Below are positions 52,664 through 62,815 of a stretch of 64,000 nucleotides of DNA, one piece after another (within the stretch, counting starts at the first letter, position 1; each line of letters opens with the position of its first letter). The position numbers were made by a program, and so were the translations under genes. Location: positions 41,652-105,651 of the forward strand of contig CAZMVZ010000001.1 of assembly GCA_964570065.1 (NCBI GenBank), written 5' to 3'. Under the pieces are notes generated by a model that was not told the origin of the DNA, did not search any database, and was given only the letters and a program-made list of their open reading frames with translations. Source of the DNA: an uncultured Candidatus Poseidoniales archaeon (GTDB lineage: Archaea > Thermoplasmatota > Poseidoniia > Poseidoniales > Thalassarchaeaceae).

Positions 52664-55192
52664 ATGGCAACGAGTGCTTCATCACGTCCAGGAGTTCAGG
52701 AGAGGATTTTCCTTCACCTTAGTGACTACGTAGACCATAGTGACAAGGTCGAAGTCCCATTTGCATTGTCCCAGATGGGGATAGCCAACGCTGTGTCAAT
52801 CGCTCGCTCTAATGTGCCTCGTGCAATTTCTGGAATGAAGGAGGAAGGACATCTGATCGAAAGACAGGCACATGTAACTGGGGTATCTCGGAAAAGGAAG
52901 GCATACTTCCTCACTGATGAGGGAGCCAAGGTTGCAGACGAGATATGGGCAAGGGTTTCAGAGACAAATGTCAGGGTAGTCTTCTCCGACGGTCGTTCTG
53001 AGAATACATCCCTGGCCGAAGCAATCGAGTCCTCAGTCCTACCTCTAAGGCATGTCGATATGCTGAGATATATGGATGATTCCGGCACTATCGACCTATC
53101 GGGACTGACTCCCGAGTTGGTCGAGAGAGATCTATCGAAACACATTGAGAAGCAGTTAGTTTCGTATCTGAACGACCTTCCAAGAACAAGAAGATTCTAT
53201 GGGAGGGAAAAGGAACTAGATGTGATGGCAAATCTCCTGGAAGCCAATTCCGCTTCTATCCTTGTTCCAGGAATAGCCGGAATCGGAAAGACCTCTCTTT
53301 CGACAAAAATACTCGACAGATTCACTCACAGGAGAAATCTGCTCTATCATCGGTGCCAGGATTGGGAGGGTTCCCGAGCATTCCTCGAGGCATGCGCAGA
53401 ATGGCTCTCTGCGGTGGGAAATAACGACCTTTCTGACTATCTTGCGTCATCACCAGTACCACAAACGAACATGGCCGTCAATCTAATCGCTGACGGTTTG
53501 TCTGAAGCTCCATCTTTGATAGTAATAGACGATCTGCATAAGGTTGGTGATGAAACCCTTTACTCCATTCTCAGGGAACTTACTCTTAGGATAAACACAC
53601 TGAAGGAAGTTGGGCTAGTAATGTTCTCGCGTTCCTTCAGGATGGTAGTCCCAGAATCTGACCAGTCGGGGAATATCGTAACCCTAGTAATGCCCCTTCA
53701 AGGATTGGATGCCGAGTCAAGTAGGCAGATTCTGACAGCAATGCCAAAAATGGATTCGGACCAGTTCACTCACATATATTCTCTATCTAGGGGCCACCCA
53801 CTGATTCTAGAGTTGATCAATAGAGGAAATGTGGCTGAGACATTCCATGCCACACTGGAGGCCTTCGTTGAAAAGGAGATTTTCAGTAGACTCTCAGGTC
53901 CTGAGAAACGCCTACTAGGTGCCATTGCAGTTTTCCGTGAGCCCATTCCAGTACAGGCAATCCATCAAGCAGAGGGAAGCGTAGACCTACTGGATGACTT
54001 AGTCGAGAAGGGCTTGGCACGACAATCTGATGCTGAGAATTTTGATGTTCACGATCTCGTCCGTGAATTCTTGTTAAGATCGATGGACAAGGAAATGAAG
54101 AACTCCTTACATTCCTCGGCTGTGAATTGGTACAGGGAAAAGAAGGATGATGCTGCAGATCGTATTGAGTTTATCTACCACCTTAGCCATACAGGAGACG
54201 AGGATGGCATTGCCGAGGTCCTAGTTTCGGAGGGCCATGGATTGGTTAGCACCGGTCACACCGAATTACTAAGTATTCTAAATTCTCTCGAAAGCAGTGA
54301 TTTTGATTCCAGTAGCAGAGGCCTAATTAGGGAACTAAAGGGTGATATTCTGACTATCCAAGGTAGGTGGGATGAAGCCGAAGAAGAATACGATGCCGCA
54401 ACAAAACACATTGGCGGAGGTACCCCGGGCCACGAACTTGCCCGCCTGCTTTCAGCAAGGGCAGATATTGCGGTAAAGAGGGGAGCAATGGACGATGCCC
54501 TCGAACTACACCGAAAAGCCCTGGAGATCCAGATAGGCATTAGGGATGCTGTCGGAGCAGCAAGAAGCTACAACAATATGGGGCATATATTCCGTCGAAG
54601 GAGGGACACTCGTAGAGCACTAGAGGTGTATGGGAATGTCGAGAATCTTCTGGAAAAGGAGAAAGACCCAGATCTGAATGACGCTAGAATAAGGCTTGCA
54701 TCGGCCTTCATAGAAATGGGGGAGTTAGACAGGGCAAGGGAGCACGCTCTTTCTGCTTATGAGAATACTAAGGATTCAAACCAAGATTTCACCCATGCTA
54801 GATCAAGAGCAGTCCTAGGGAGGTACTATGCCAAGATCTCAGATAACGACCTTGCACTTTTCCACTACTCCGGGGCCCTGGATACTCTCTCCGACCAAAA
54901 CGACCCCCAAAGTACAGTGGAGGTCGAGATGCTGCTAGGACAGGTGCTAATTGATGCAGGTCGTAGGGAGGAGGCTGCAGAGCACTATCTCAATGGCCTA
55001 GCAGTCGCTGAATCAAACGACTTCCGCATGCTTCAAGGTGAATTACTAGCAAGGCTAGGTGAGGTGGAGTCCGATCGCTCCCAGAGGATGGATTATCTTC
55101 AGAGGTCCCTTTCTCTATTCAGAGACCTAGGCGCTGTAGGGAGGATGAAAGAAGTACAGAATTCAGTCCACAGAGCGGTGATGGGGAGATAG
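52664..55192 (+). CDS. STAND-type regulator: N-terminal winged-HTH, P-loop NTPase (NB-ARC/AAA-like), C-terminal TPR repeats
   Basis: N-terminal wHTH (…PFALSQMGIANAVSIARSNVPRAISGMKEEGHLIE…KRKAYFLTDEG), Walker A ILVPGIAGIGKTSL, Walker B LIVIDDLH, C-terminal TPR-like helical repeats. An AT-rich TATA-like element (tttgtatatt) lies ~25 nt upstream. Confidence 0.8.
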   Translation: MATSASSRPGVQERIFLHLSDYVDHSDKVEVPFALSQMGIANAVSIARSNVPRAISGMKEEGHLIERQAHVTGVSRKRKAYFLTDEGAKVADEIWARVSETNVRVVFSDGRSENTSLAEAIESSVLPLRHVDMLRYMDDSGTIDLSGLTPELVERDLSKHIEKQLVSYLNDLPRTRRFYGREKELDVMANLLEANSASILVPGIAGIGKTSLSTKILDRFTHRRNLLYHRCQDWEGSRAFLEACAEWLSAVGNNDLSDYLASSPVPQTNMAVNLIADGLSEAPSLIVIDDLHKVGDETLYSILRELTLRINTLKEVGLVMFSRSFRMVVPESDQSGNIVTLVMPLQGLDAESSRQILTAMPKMDSDQFTHIYSLSRGHPLILELINRGNVAETFHATLEAFVEKEIFSRLSGPEKRLLGAIAVFREPIPVQAIHQAEGSVDLLDDLVEKGLARQSDAENFDVHDLVREFLLRSMDKEMKNSLHSSAVNWYREKKDDAADRIEFIYHLSHTGDEDGIAEVLVSEGHGLVSTGHTELLSILNSLESSDFDSSSRGLIRELKGDILTIQGRWDEAEEEYDAATKHIGGGTPGHELARLLSARADIAVKRGAMDDALELHRKALEIQIGIRDAVGAARSYNNMGHIFRRRRDTRRALEVYGNVENLLEKEKDPDLNDARIRLASAFIEMGELDRAREHALSAYENTKDSNQDFTHARSRAVLGRYYAKISDNDLALFHYSGALDTLSDQNDPQSTVEVEMLLGQVLIDAGRREEAAEHYLNGLAVAESNDFRMLQGELLARLGEVESDRSQRMDYLQRSLSLFRDLGAVGRMKEVQNSVHRAVMGR

Positions 55193-56053
55193 TCACGCCG
55201 CTACAATGCTATTCGGCTCAGACTGTCCAGTCCAATAACTAAATTCGGGACCAAGTTGCTTAGAAATAGAGATATTTCCAGCAAACTCATCGCCAATTGC
55301 CATCAGAACCTCGCTCTCAGCCAAATGGGGTGCGTTATTCTTCTCTGAAAGGTGACAAAGGACAATACTCTCCAAATCGTCGTGTAAAACTTCCAGTAGT
55401 ATCTCTCCAGCTTGCCTATTTGAAAGGTGCCCACCTCTTCCTGAAATCCTCCTCTTCAGAGAGTCGGGATAAGGCCCTCCAACTAATCTTTGATGGTCGT
55501 AGTTTGATTCAATAGAAATGTGGTTGCAACCAGATAAATGTTTGATTAGGTCTTGCGGTGCTTCTCCCAAATCTGTAACAATTGCAGCCCGACCCCCATT
55601 CCTATCACTGGCAATTAGCGCCACATTATCTGCATCATCATGAGGTACGGGGACCGGCAGCATACTCAGCTCTGATGAGAACTGAACCCTCTCTAGATTA
55701 CCAAATGTCATACACTCTTCCACTAAATCCCAACCCATTTTCGATGCAGTTCCTAGATTACAGTGTAGTCTGGAATCCCACTTCTTTGAGGCCCTAAGTG
55801 CCGAACAAGAGTGATCCTTGTGATGATGAGTAACCACAATAGAATCAATAGAACTCGGCTCAAATCCTGCTATGCCAAGTCTCTTTTCTGTCTGTTTGAG
55901 ACTGAAACCACAATCGACTAGGACATTACAGTCCCCAGAACTGACAATAGTCGCATTTCCACGACTGCCAGAACCCAAGTGAGTAATCCCAATCCCCATT
56001 GATTCACGTGCGGTTACAGACGACCTTTCAACAAATCCATGCCCATAGGCCAA
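55193..56053 (-). CDS. Metallo-beta-lactamase-fold hydrolase
   Basis: VVTHHHKDH (HxHxDH zinc motif) plus downstream His/Asp ligands. Convergent with the STAND gene, with stops abutting. Confidence 0.8.
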   Translation of the reverse strand: MAYGHGFVERSSVTARESMGIGITHLGSGSRGNATIVSSGDCNVLVDCGFSLKQTEKRLGIAGFEPSSIDSIVVTHHHKDHSCSALRASKKWDSRLHCNLGTASKMGWDLVEECMTFGNLERVQFSSELSMLPVPVPHDDADNVALIASDRNGGRAAIVTDLGEAPQDLIKHLSGCNHISIESNYDHQRLVGGPYPDSLKRRISGRGGHLSNRQAGEILLEVLHDDLESIVLCHLSEKNNAPHLAESEVLMAIGDEFAGNISISKQLGPEFSYWTGQSEPNSIVAA

Positions 56054-56171
56054 TTATTGCTATTTTCAAACATCAGAAACCATTCTAGGCCCTTCTAATG
56101 ACATATGTCCGAACGACGCTCCATCATCATGATAAATCTCTGAACCCGGGATTTTGCATAGAGGTGGGCGG

Positions 56172-59100
56172 ATGCGTAGGAAGCAAACAGCTTTACTAGT
56201 CACAATGTTGATTTTTTCTAGCCTCGCATTCGTCTCTCAGACTCGTCCACAATCTCCCGTATCCTCCACAGATCCAAATATGGCCGAGGGTGCAGAATCT
56301 CCGGTTACCGACCAAGACGGAGACTTAATGCCCGATCTATTTGAGGTAATTTTTGGAGAATCTGTAGAAATTGAGACTGCAACATTCCAGGGCACCATAC
56401 CCGGCCTCAATCCATCCGATTCTACTGATAATTCAACCGATTACGACAGGGATGGATTAACTGCCCTGCAAGAATACTGCTGGCCTTATACTTTGGATAA
56501 CTGCTTCGAAGAACGCAATACACTAACGGGAAAATCTCCAGAGGAAAGCGAATCTGGATTGAGAGAGTATCTTGACCCCAGATCTTCGGATACCGATGGC
56601 GATGGCTTGCCTGATGGATACGAAGTACACATGTGCACTTTGGGTGGCCTATACAAAAAAGATCCAAATGACCCTTTGAATCCAAACAATTTCTGGGAAT
56701 GCCGATATTTCGATCCACTCGATCCTAGCGATATCAATATCGATTTTGACAGGTGTGAGGCGGACTTCAGTTGGGGTTGCGGGGATGGATTCGATTTCAA
56801 TAGTGATGGGAACATTGACCTTGGAGAAATGTTCACCAATGTGGAGGAATACTCACTGGGAATTCCTGATGACTGGATTACCGAGAGGGACGGACTCTGG
56901 TGCTGGGGTTCAATTCAAGGACTCTCTGAAGACTCGTGTCAGACCCAGTTTGAGAGGCCAACTGGAGAATCAGGATGGATGGGATCTGACCCTAGATTCT
57001 CCGACTCAGACTACTTCTACTGGGATGAAATAGCCCCTGCTCCATTAGATGTATTGGGAGATGGAATTCCTGATGGTTGGGAGGCCCAATATGGGCTGGA
57101 TCCTTTGAATTCCAGCGATGCGATAATTGACAGCGATTTAGATGGATGGGACAAAGACAAGGACGGTTTCATTACGGAGGATGTAACTATAGGGACATCC
57201 CAGTGGGGCGAGTCATTCAGTAATTTCGAAGAGTACTCAGTGGACTTCGATGAAAACTCAGGAGTTATTCCTGGAGTGAGGGGAATTGAGATTTCTTCCG
57301 ATTCCAATAACCTGATTAATTTCGATCATTCAACCGCAATAAGGCTAGTCGACTCTGCCGTACATAGTATAATTTCAGACCAATCAAGAGAGAGGTTGTT
57401 GGTTGGAAGTAAATATGGGATTACGGCATTAGATCCATTCAGAGGAATTTCGACGTCATTTGAATTCCCCCCGGGAATTGAATTACACACAATGGAAAGG
57501 AACTCAGTAGGAAACATAGATTTCCTGATGTTGGGGTCAAATTTGGGCCTACACACGGTAATTCTAGAAAACGGACTCCCAGTTATGGATTCTCTAACTA
57601 CTCATGAACTGGGAGAAGCAACTGTTCTATTTCGACTCGCCTCTGACTCATTTGATCCAGGAATCCTGATTATGGGCAAGGATGGAGTCTGGCGGACGAC
57701 ATTCTCTGAGGATGAACAATCTCTTTCCACTTCTGAAATGATTTTCGTAGAGTCGCTCTCATCAATGCTAAGAAAGTCAAACGCGACAGCAACTTCTGCA
57801 GGGCATGCCAAGATTTTTGGAAGAACACCAATTCTACTAATAGGGACAGATTTCGGCCTAATTGCCTGGAATTCTACAGATGGCTCTGACAACAATGGGA
57901 TGCCATGGTGGGTTTTCACAAGAAATAATGCCGATGAATTCGTTAGCCCAGATATCCTGGACACCACTAAGACTGCAACTGTCAATTCCATAATGGTAGA
58001 AATTTCTGAACAGGGCTCTGACGATGTGTGGTTGGGGATGGGAGGGGGACTCCATCTAATCACAATGGACCTATTTATTTCCCAACCGAAGGAGGCTATC
58101 GGCAACGAGAGAATGCTCAATCTAGAGGGTCTACTAACTGGTGCTAATGATATTCGCTCTATCCTTCCTCTTGAGGGGATGATCGTTCTAGGTTCTTCAG
58201 ACGGAACTTGGTGTCTAGAAGGGAGTTCGGATGGAATTCTGGATATCCGTCAGAACCAGACAGATATCCCCGGTCTGGTTACCTCACTCACTACTCTGGA
58301 AAGAGAAGGTCAAATCTGGGTTTTCGCCGGCGTCTCACCTGGACGATTCATGAATATAGCTCCGATGAACCCACATTCCCATGATTCTGACCTTGATGGG
58401 ATTCCTGACGGTTGGGAGTTCGCATACGGTCTCGACCCAACGGATCCATTTGACGCCTCTAGAGATCATGATGCCGACGGAGTCTCCATCGGCGGTGGCA
58501 GCGGTCCTGGATTCGACAGATTGTGGACTAACTTGGAGGAGTATAGGTTCGTCACTCCCTCGAATTTTGGACAAAACGGAACCGACCCCAGAATTGCAGA
58601 CTCGGACGGAGACGGATTAACTGATGGCGAGGAGTACTGGGGTTGGTTCGTTGACTCAACATCATTCGAGTGCTACTACCTCAATCAGAATTATCTGTGC
58701 GATTCCGGCGTTGGTACATCTGCAGAGGAAGTTCACCTCGGTGGATGGACCGGAACAGGTTCGAGTGGCGGCAGTGATCTACCGACCGATCCGACGAACC
58801 CAGACTCAGATGGAGATGGTATGCCCGATGGATGGGAAATCAAACATCGTCGATGGATTGGAGACATCTACACCGGGGGTAATGAATGGACATTGGACCC
58901 CAATAATCCCAACGATGCTTATGGTGATGCCGATGGAGACGGACTAACCAATCTATGCGAGTATGAGTGGGAAAGACTGCTCGATAGGTCAATTTCCACC
59001 GGTATCATCTCTCATGGTGAATCTCCTGATTCAGTGCAAAATTGGACCCCAACCGATCCAAATTCTGTAGATTCAGATTCGGACTCACTGCCCGATGGTT

Positions 59101-61883
59101 GGGAAGCTCGCTATTCATGCAACTGGCCATCTTCGGATTCAGGAATCAATCCTATGAATGGCTCTGATGCATTGAATAATCCTGATGGGGATGGATTTGA
59201 TGTCAACAAGAACGGGATTATTGAATCCGAAGAAGCATTTGTTAATTGGATGGAATATCATATTAAATCCGACATCTTGCTTTCTGATTCAATATATTCA
59301 GGAACCATGTATCCAGATAATCATACATCATCATTGCCACATCATTCATGGCAAGGTCTGGCTGACGAATCATTCGGAGAAAGAACGGGGGAGTACTACC
59401 TATCTCTGTGGACAGGATTGCCAAACGAAGACATCGGCTCCTCAGATCCGTTAAATTCCGACTCTGATAACGACGGCATGCCTGATGGGTGGGAGGTCTT
59501 CCATGCAAGATGGAGTCTTTTCGATAGTGATTGGACACTCAATCCAGTCAATGGGGGGGATGGTCTTGGAGATCCCGACTTGGATGGGATGTCAAATTGG
59601 GAAGAGTACAATGCAATCGATAGTGATATTAGCGAATCAGACCCTACCATCTCATCGCCCCAGTTCTACCTAACCGATGCTGCCGGGGCTCTCCTCGAGA
59701 CTCCATGGATTGGTGCCGACTCGGCTCTTTCGTTTGGCCATTTTTTGACTGAAGAGCAATCCAATCTGACAGGAACTTCTGCTGACCCTAACAATCCAGA
59801 TACTGACGGAGATGGTTTGCTGGATGGGATTGAAGTGATTTTCACCACTTGGAATTCAAGCGCTGGCGTTTGGACCCTTAATCCACTAATACCCAATCAG
59901 GGTGGTTTCGACTCGGATGGCGATGGTATTGGTGATCTGGTCGAACTAAACCTTACTGCAAACCTCCCTATAAACGGGGAATCTTATCCTATGGGGGCAC
60001 CAACATTTGGCGTAGAATCGAGAGAAATAGATGAGATGGCTTTCGAAAACAGGATATTTAGGATCCTATTCAGTAAAGAAGGAAGGGCCGAGCTAGGAAT
60101 GGAGCAATACTTGGAGTGGAAATCTGGTTTGCCAGCAAAGCCGATGCTCCAGGCAATCTTTGGAATCACGGATCCAAAGGATCAGGATACTGATAGGGAT
60201 GGGATGAGCGATGGATACGAGTACTGGTTCTCGGAGTGGGATCTAGAGGAAAACCAGTGGACGATGAACCCTCTGACTGATTCAGACGTAGATTTCGACT
60301 CCGACGACGACTCATTCGATTGCAACGGAGACGGAGAAATCTCCGACTCTGAATCTTTCGACAATTTGGCAGAGTACGACTCTAGGTGGTATGGGAAGAG
60401 GTTGGAGGTAGGAAACGTCCCAAACGGGACTTCTGCTGTCTCATATGGTGCCGATGCAGCCAATGCCTTCATTGAAGAGGATGGCCTTTCCAATAAATCC
60501 GCATGGGGCCAACTTTACTCTCTGTTCTCATCCAAGAGCCTCAGTTCTTCTGAAAAGATCGGCCTGATCAACCAGGTCGACCCAGACAACTTCAACAAAT
60601 CCCTAATTGGAATCAGTGACCCCACTCACGATGACTCGGATGGAGACGGAATGCCAGATGGTTGGGAATACTGCTACTCAATTTACGACGAGGTCTTACC
60701 AGTCAACTCATTCCGTTGGTCATTAAACCCTCTCAACCCACTTGATGTTAATTATGATCCAGATGCAGATGGTTGGTTGGACAGGGAGATATTAGATACA
60801 CCTGCAGTCCAAGGAAATTGGGATTCCAGAACATTCACACCACTCTCGGAAGACCAGCAATTCGAAAATGGCGCTAGCTCACTTTATTTCACAAATATAA
60901 TGGAATATGATAACGGAACCGGACCATTGGATCCAGATTCAGACTCCGATTCAATTATTATGACCCCAGTCATAGTAGATGGTGTGGTAATTGACTATCG
61001 CCAAGACATGAGTCTATCAGACGGAAGAGAGATGTTCAAGTATGGGACAAATCCACTTGACAATGATTCTGATGGAGACATGATGCCTGACTTCTATGAG
61101 TATTATAGAGGTTGGAATGAGACCAACGATAACTGGTCTTCTTTCATGAAAATCAAAGTTCAGTGGACCGAGGTGACACCCCAGAACTGGAAGCCAATAA
61201 AATTTTCAGACGGTGAGATTACAAGGCCGGATTTGGACTGGATATGGTTTACTCATGATCCAACAGATCCATCGGATGCGACACAAGACGCAGATAATGA
61301 TGGCGAGTGGGACTGTACGGGGAGCAGTTGCGATTACGTCCCATACAACAATTTCCAAGAGTATTACGCAGTTGTCAATGCGACGCTATCTTCACCTTCG
61401 ATTGTCAGGGCTTCAACTTTGTTCGACTGCTCCGGAGAAGAGGTGGAAGAATGGTGGCAACTTCGTGAGACTCTCCTTGGCACCTGTTCAGGTTCAAGCT
61501 CACTATCTTCCAACTATCTGCGAATTAACAAAATCAATGACGACGACTCACTCTATGCTTTGATAGTTCAAGATAATGACTTGACATACTTAGATGTAAA
61601 CTCTAGTGATGATATTATTCATGTCAATGGAGAATGGACGGATGAATTCAACAGGCTCGCAGGAGATAGAAATCACTTGCCAAATCCTGGGCTAGGGGAA
61701 TATGCATTTGGTTGGTGGATTCTAGATATTGATGGAGATTTGGTTGCTGAAGGTACCGACCCAACAAATTGGGATACCGATGGCGATTGGTTGAATGACT
61801 TCTTCGAGATCGACGATGATCTACTTGACGGAATTAGGGGCAATAGCGGTTCACCGATTCGCTACGATGATAGGACTTCATGA
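56172..61883 (+). CDS. Giant secreted protein (~1900 aa) built largely of TSP3/EF-hand-like Ca-binding repeats, no C-terminal TM
   Basis: Signal peptide (LLVTMLIFSSLAFVSQT). About 20 copies of D-x-D-x-D-G-[LMI]-P-D-G-[WY]-E followed by GLDP/NPL spacers. Central beta-propeller-like segment. No hydrophobic C-terminal helix. Confidence 0.85.
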   Translation: MRRKQTALLVTMLIFSSLAFVSQTRPQSPVSSTDPNMAEGAESPVTDQDGDLMPDLFEVIFGESVEIETATFQGTIPGLNPSDSTDNSTDYDRDGLTALQEYCWPYTLDNCFEERNTLTGKSPEESESGLREYLDPRSSDTDGDGLPDGYEVHMCTLGGLYKKDPNDPLNPNNFWECRYFDPLDPSDINIDFDRCEADFSWGCGDGFDFNSDGNIDLGEMFTNVEEYSLGIPDDWITERDGLWCWGSIQGLSEDSCQTQFERPTGESGWMGSDPRFSDSDYFYWDEIAPAPLDVLGDGIPDGWEAQYGLDPLNSSDAIIDSDLDGWDKDKDGFITEDVTIGTSQWGESFSNFEEYSVDFDENSGVIPGVRGIEISSDSNNLINFDHSTAIRLVDSAVHSIISDQSRERLLVGSKYGITALDPFRGISTSFEFPPGIELHTMERNSVGNIDFLMLGSNLGLHTVILENGLPVMDSLTTHELGEATVLFRLASDSFDPGILIMGKDGVWRTTFSEDEQSLSTSEMIFVESLSSMLRKSNATATSAGHAKIFGRTPILLIGTDFGLIAWNSTDGSDNNGMPWWVFTRNNADEFVSPDILDTTKTATVNSIMVEISEQGSDDVWLGMGGGLHLITMDLFISQPKEAIGNERMLNLEGLLTGANDIRSILPLEGMIVLGSSDGTWCLEGSSDGILDIRQNQTDIPGLVTSLTTLEREGQIWVFAGVSPGRFMNIAPMNPHSHDSDLDGIPDGWEFAYGLDPTDPFDASRDHDADGVSIGGGSGPGFDRLWTNLEEYRFVTPSNFGQNGTDPRIADSDGDGLTDGEEYWGWFVDSTSFECYYLNQNYLCDSGVGTSAEEVHLGGWTGTGSSGGSDLPTDPTNPDSDGDGMPDGWEIKHRRWIGDIYTGGNEWTLDPNNPNDAYGDADGDGLTNLCEYEWERLLDRSISTGIISHGESPDSVQNWTPTDPNSVDSDSDSLPDGWEARYSCNWPSSDSGINPMNGSDALNNPDGDGFDVNKNGIIESEEAFVNWMEYHIKSDILLSDSIYSGTMYPDNHTSSLPHHSWQGLADESFGERTGEYYLSLWTGLPNEDIGSSDPLNSDSDNDGMPDGWEVFHARWSLFDSDWTLNPVNGGDGLGDPDLDGMSNWEEYNAIDSDISESDPTISSPQFYLTDAAGALLETPWIGADSALSFGHFLTEEQSNLTGTSADPNNPDTDGDGLLDGIEVIFTTWNSSAGVWTLNPLIPNQGGFDSDGDGIGDLVELNLTANLPINGESYPMGAPTFGVESREIDEMAFENRIFRILFSKEGRAELGMEQYLEWKSGLPAKPMLQAIFGITDPKDQDTDRDGMSDGYEYWFSEWDLEENQWTMNPLTDSDVDFDSDDDSFDCNGDGEISDSESFDNLAEYDSRWYGKRLEVGNVPNGTSAVSYGADAANAFIEEDGLSNKSAWGQLYSLFSSKSLSSSEKIGLINQVDPDNFNKSLIGISDPTHDDSDGDGMPDGWEYCYSIYDEVLPVNSFRWSLNPLNPLDVNYDPDADGWLDREILDTPAVQGNWDSRTFTPLSEDQQFENGASSLYFTNIMEYDNGTGPLDPDSDSDSIIMTPVIVDGVVIDYRQDMSLSDGREMFKYGTNPLDNDSDGDMMPDFYEYYRGWNETNDNWSSFMKIKVQWTEVTPQNWKPIKFSDGEITRPDLDWIWFTHDPTDPSDATQDADNDGEWDCTGSSCDYVPYNNFQEYYAVVNATLSSPSIVRASTLFDCSGEEVEEWWQLRETLLGTCSGSSSLSSNYLRINKINDDDSLYALIVQDNDLTYLDVNSSDDIIHVNGEWTDEFNRLAGDRNHLPNPGLGEYAFGWWILDIDGDLVAEGTDPTNWDTDGDWLNDFFEIDDDLLDGIRGNSGSPIRYDDRTS

Positions 61884-62401
61884 CCTCAACAATTCATTTG
61901 CTTCCTTCTCCTCAGATATTCATGACCGAGGGCACGCGAAACGTTCCCGGGCCCGAAGAACCCGTGAACGAAAAGCTCCTTTTCCTCAGAGAGAACATGG
62001 TTCACTTGACAAATCAACTCAGCATGCCAATAATAGAAGTCGCCCTTGTCATCTCGAAGTACATCCGCATCGTAATGGATTCTCTCCACAAAGCCGCCAC
62101 CGAGGAAGGAGAGGAATTGCCTGACATACTCCTCAATCCACTTCCTAGTAATTCTCCACAGTCTGAAACGACCTCTGGAATTGCTTCATTCCCACTTGAG
62201 AAGTTAATTGACAGAGTCGATCAGGATAGGATGGACATACTGGATACTCTCGTTAGGACAATACTCAATGAGAGCCAATTGGAGTTTGTTTCAGCACTTC
62301 GAGAGTTTAGAGATTGGGAACTCGAAATCCGAAATCAACTATCAGACGTTTCAAGTCCCGGGGGACTGTTTAGCCCACTCTCACTAGATGATGACTTCTA
62401 G
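61880..62401 (+). CDS. Hypothetical cytoplasmic helical protein (173 aa), start overlapping the stop of the upstream giant gene (ATGA)
   Basis: The ATG overlaps the TGA of the 1909-aa ORF. No recognisable motif. Coding-like composition. Confidence 0.5.
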   Translation: MTSTIHLLPSPQIFMTEGTRNVPGPEEPVNEKLLFLRENMVHLTNQLSMPIIEVALVISKYIRIVMDSLHKAATEEGEELPDILLNPLPSNSPQSETTSGIASFPLEKLIDRVDQDRMDILDTLVRTILNESQLEFVSALREFRDWELEIRNQLSDVSSPGGLFSPLSLDDDF

Positions 62402-62730
62402 CCATTCATTGATTCCGAAGATGCTACTATCCCACTGGAAACCCACCAAGCATCTGCTATTGACCAAACGAAAAGAAAAGGCCACAGAAATGCTGGAATT
62501 AGTGGGAACTGAATTAGAAACCACTCACCTGCCTTCCTATGTTGGCGATTGAAATGTTGCCCTAGGAAGAGGAAGGGAACAAGTGAAAGTGACACGGCAA
62601 AGAGTGGACGTATTGCACCCCATGGCCCAACGCCCCCACTCAACTCGTCCCAAATAGTAGAAACCACGCCCAGGGGCCTGGAACCATCGTCTTCTGCAGA
62701 CTCGACTTTGACTACGAACTCCCCTTCCAC
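62398..62730 (-). CDS. Hypothetical small membrane protein (110 aa), tentative
   Basis: Two predicted hydrophobic helices (FAVSLSLVPFLFLG; FPLIPAFLWPFLFVWSIADAWWV). Only ORF-based support; competes with a 69-aa plus-strand ORF. Confidence 0.3.
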   Translation of the reverse strand: MEGEFVVKVESAEDDGSRPLGVVSTIWDELSGGVGPWGAIRPLFAVSLSLVPFLFLGQHFNRQHRKAGEWFLIQFPLIPAFLWPFLFVWSIADAWWVSSGIVASSESMNG

Positions 62731-62815
62731 ATTGCTTGCGATGATTGTAAGCGGATGAATTTGCCGACCAAAATATCATAGAAAACGAGAACAATAGATA
62801 GCGACTGCGAAAACC

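Noticed and set aside
55193-56053. Calling the MBL-fold protein RNase Z
   Set aside because: Its length (286 aa) would fit, but the zinc motif here is HHHKDH rather than the RNase Z HxHGDH context. The N-terminal region does not follow the RNase Z pattern, so it is left as a generic MBL hydrolase.
62549-62758. 69-aa plus-strand ORF competing with the 110-aa minus-strand ORF
   Set aside because: It is short and Ser/Thr/Pro-rich with no motif. The opposite-strand ORF at least has two hydrophobic helices. Neither is strongly supported.
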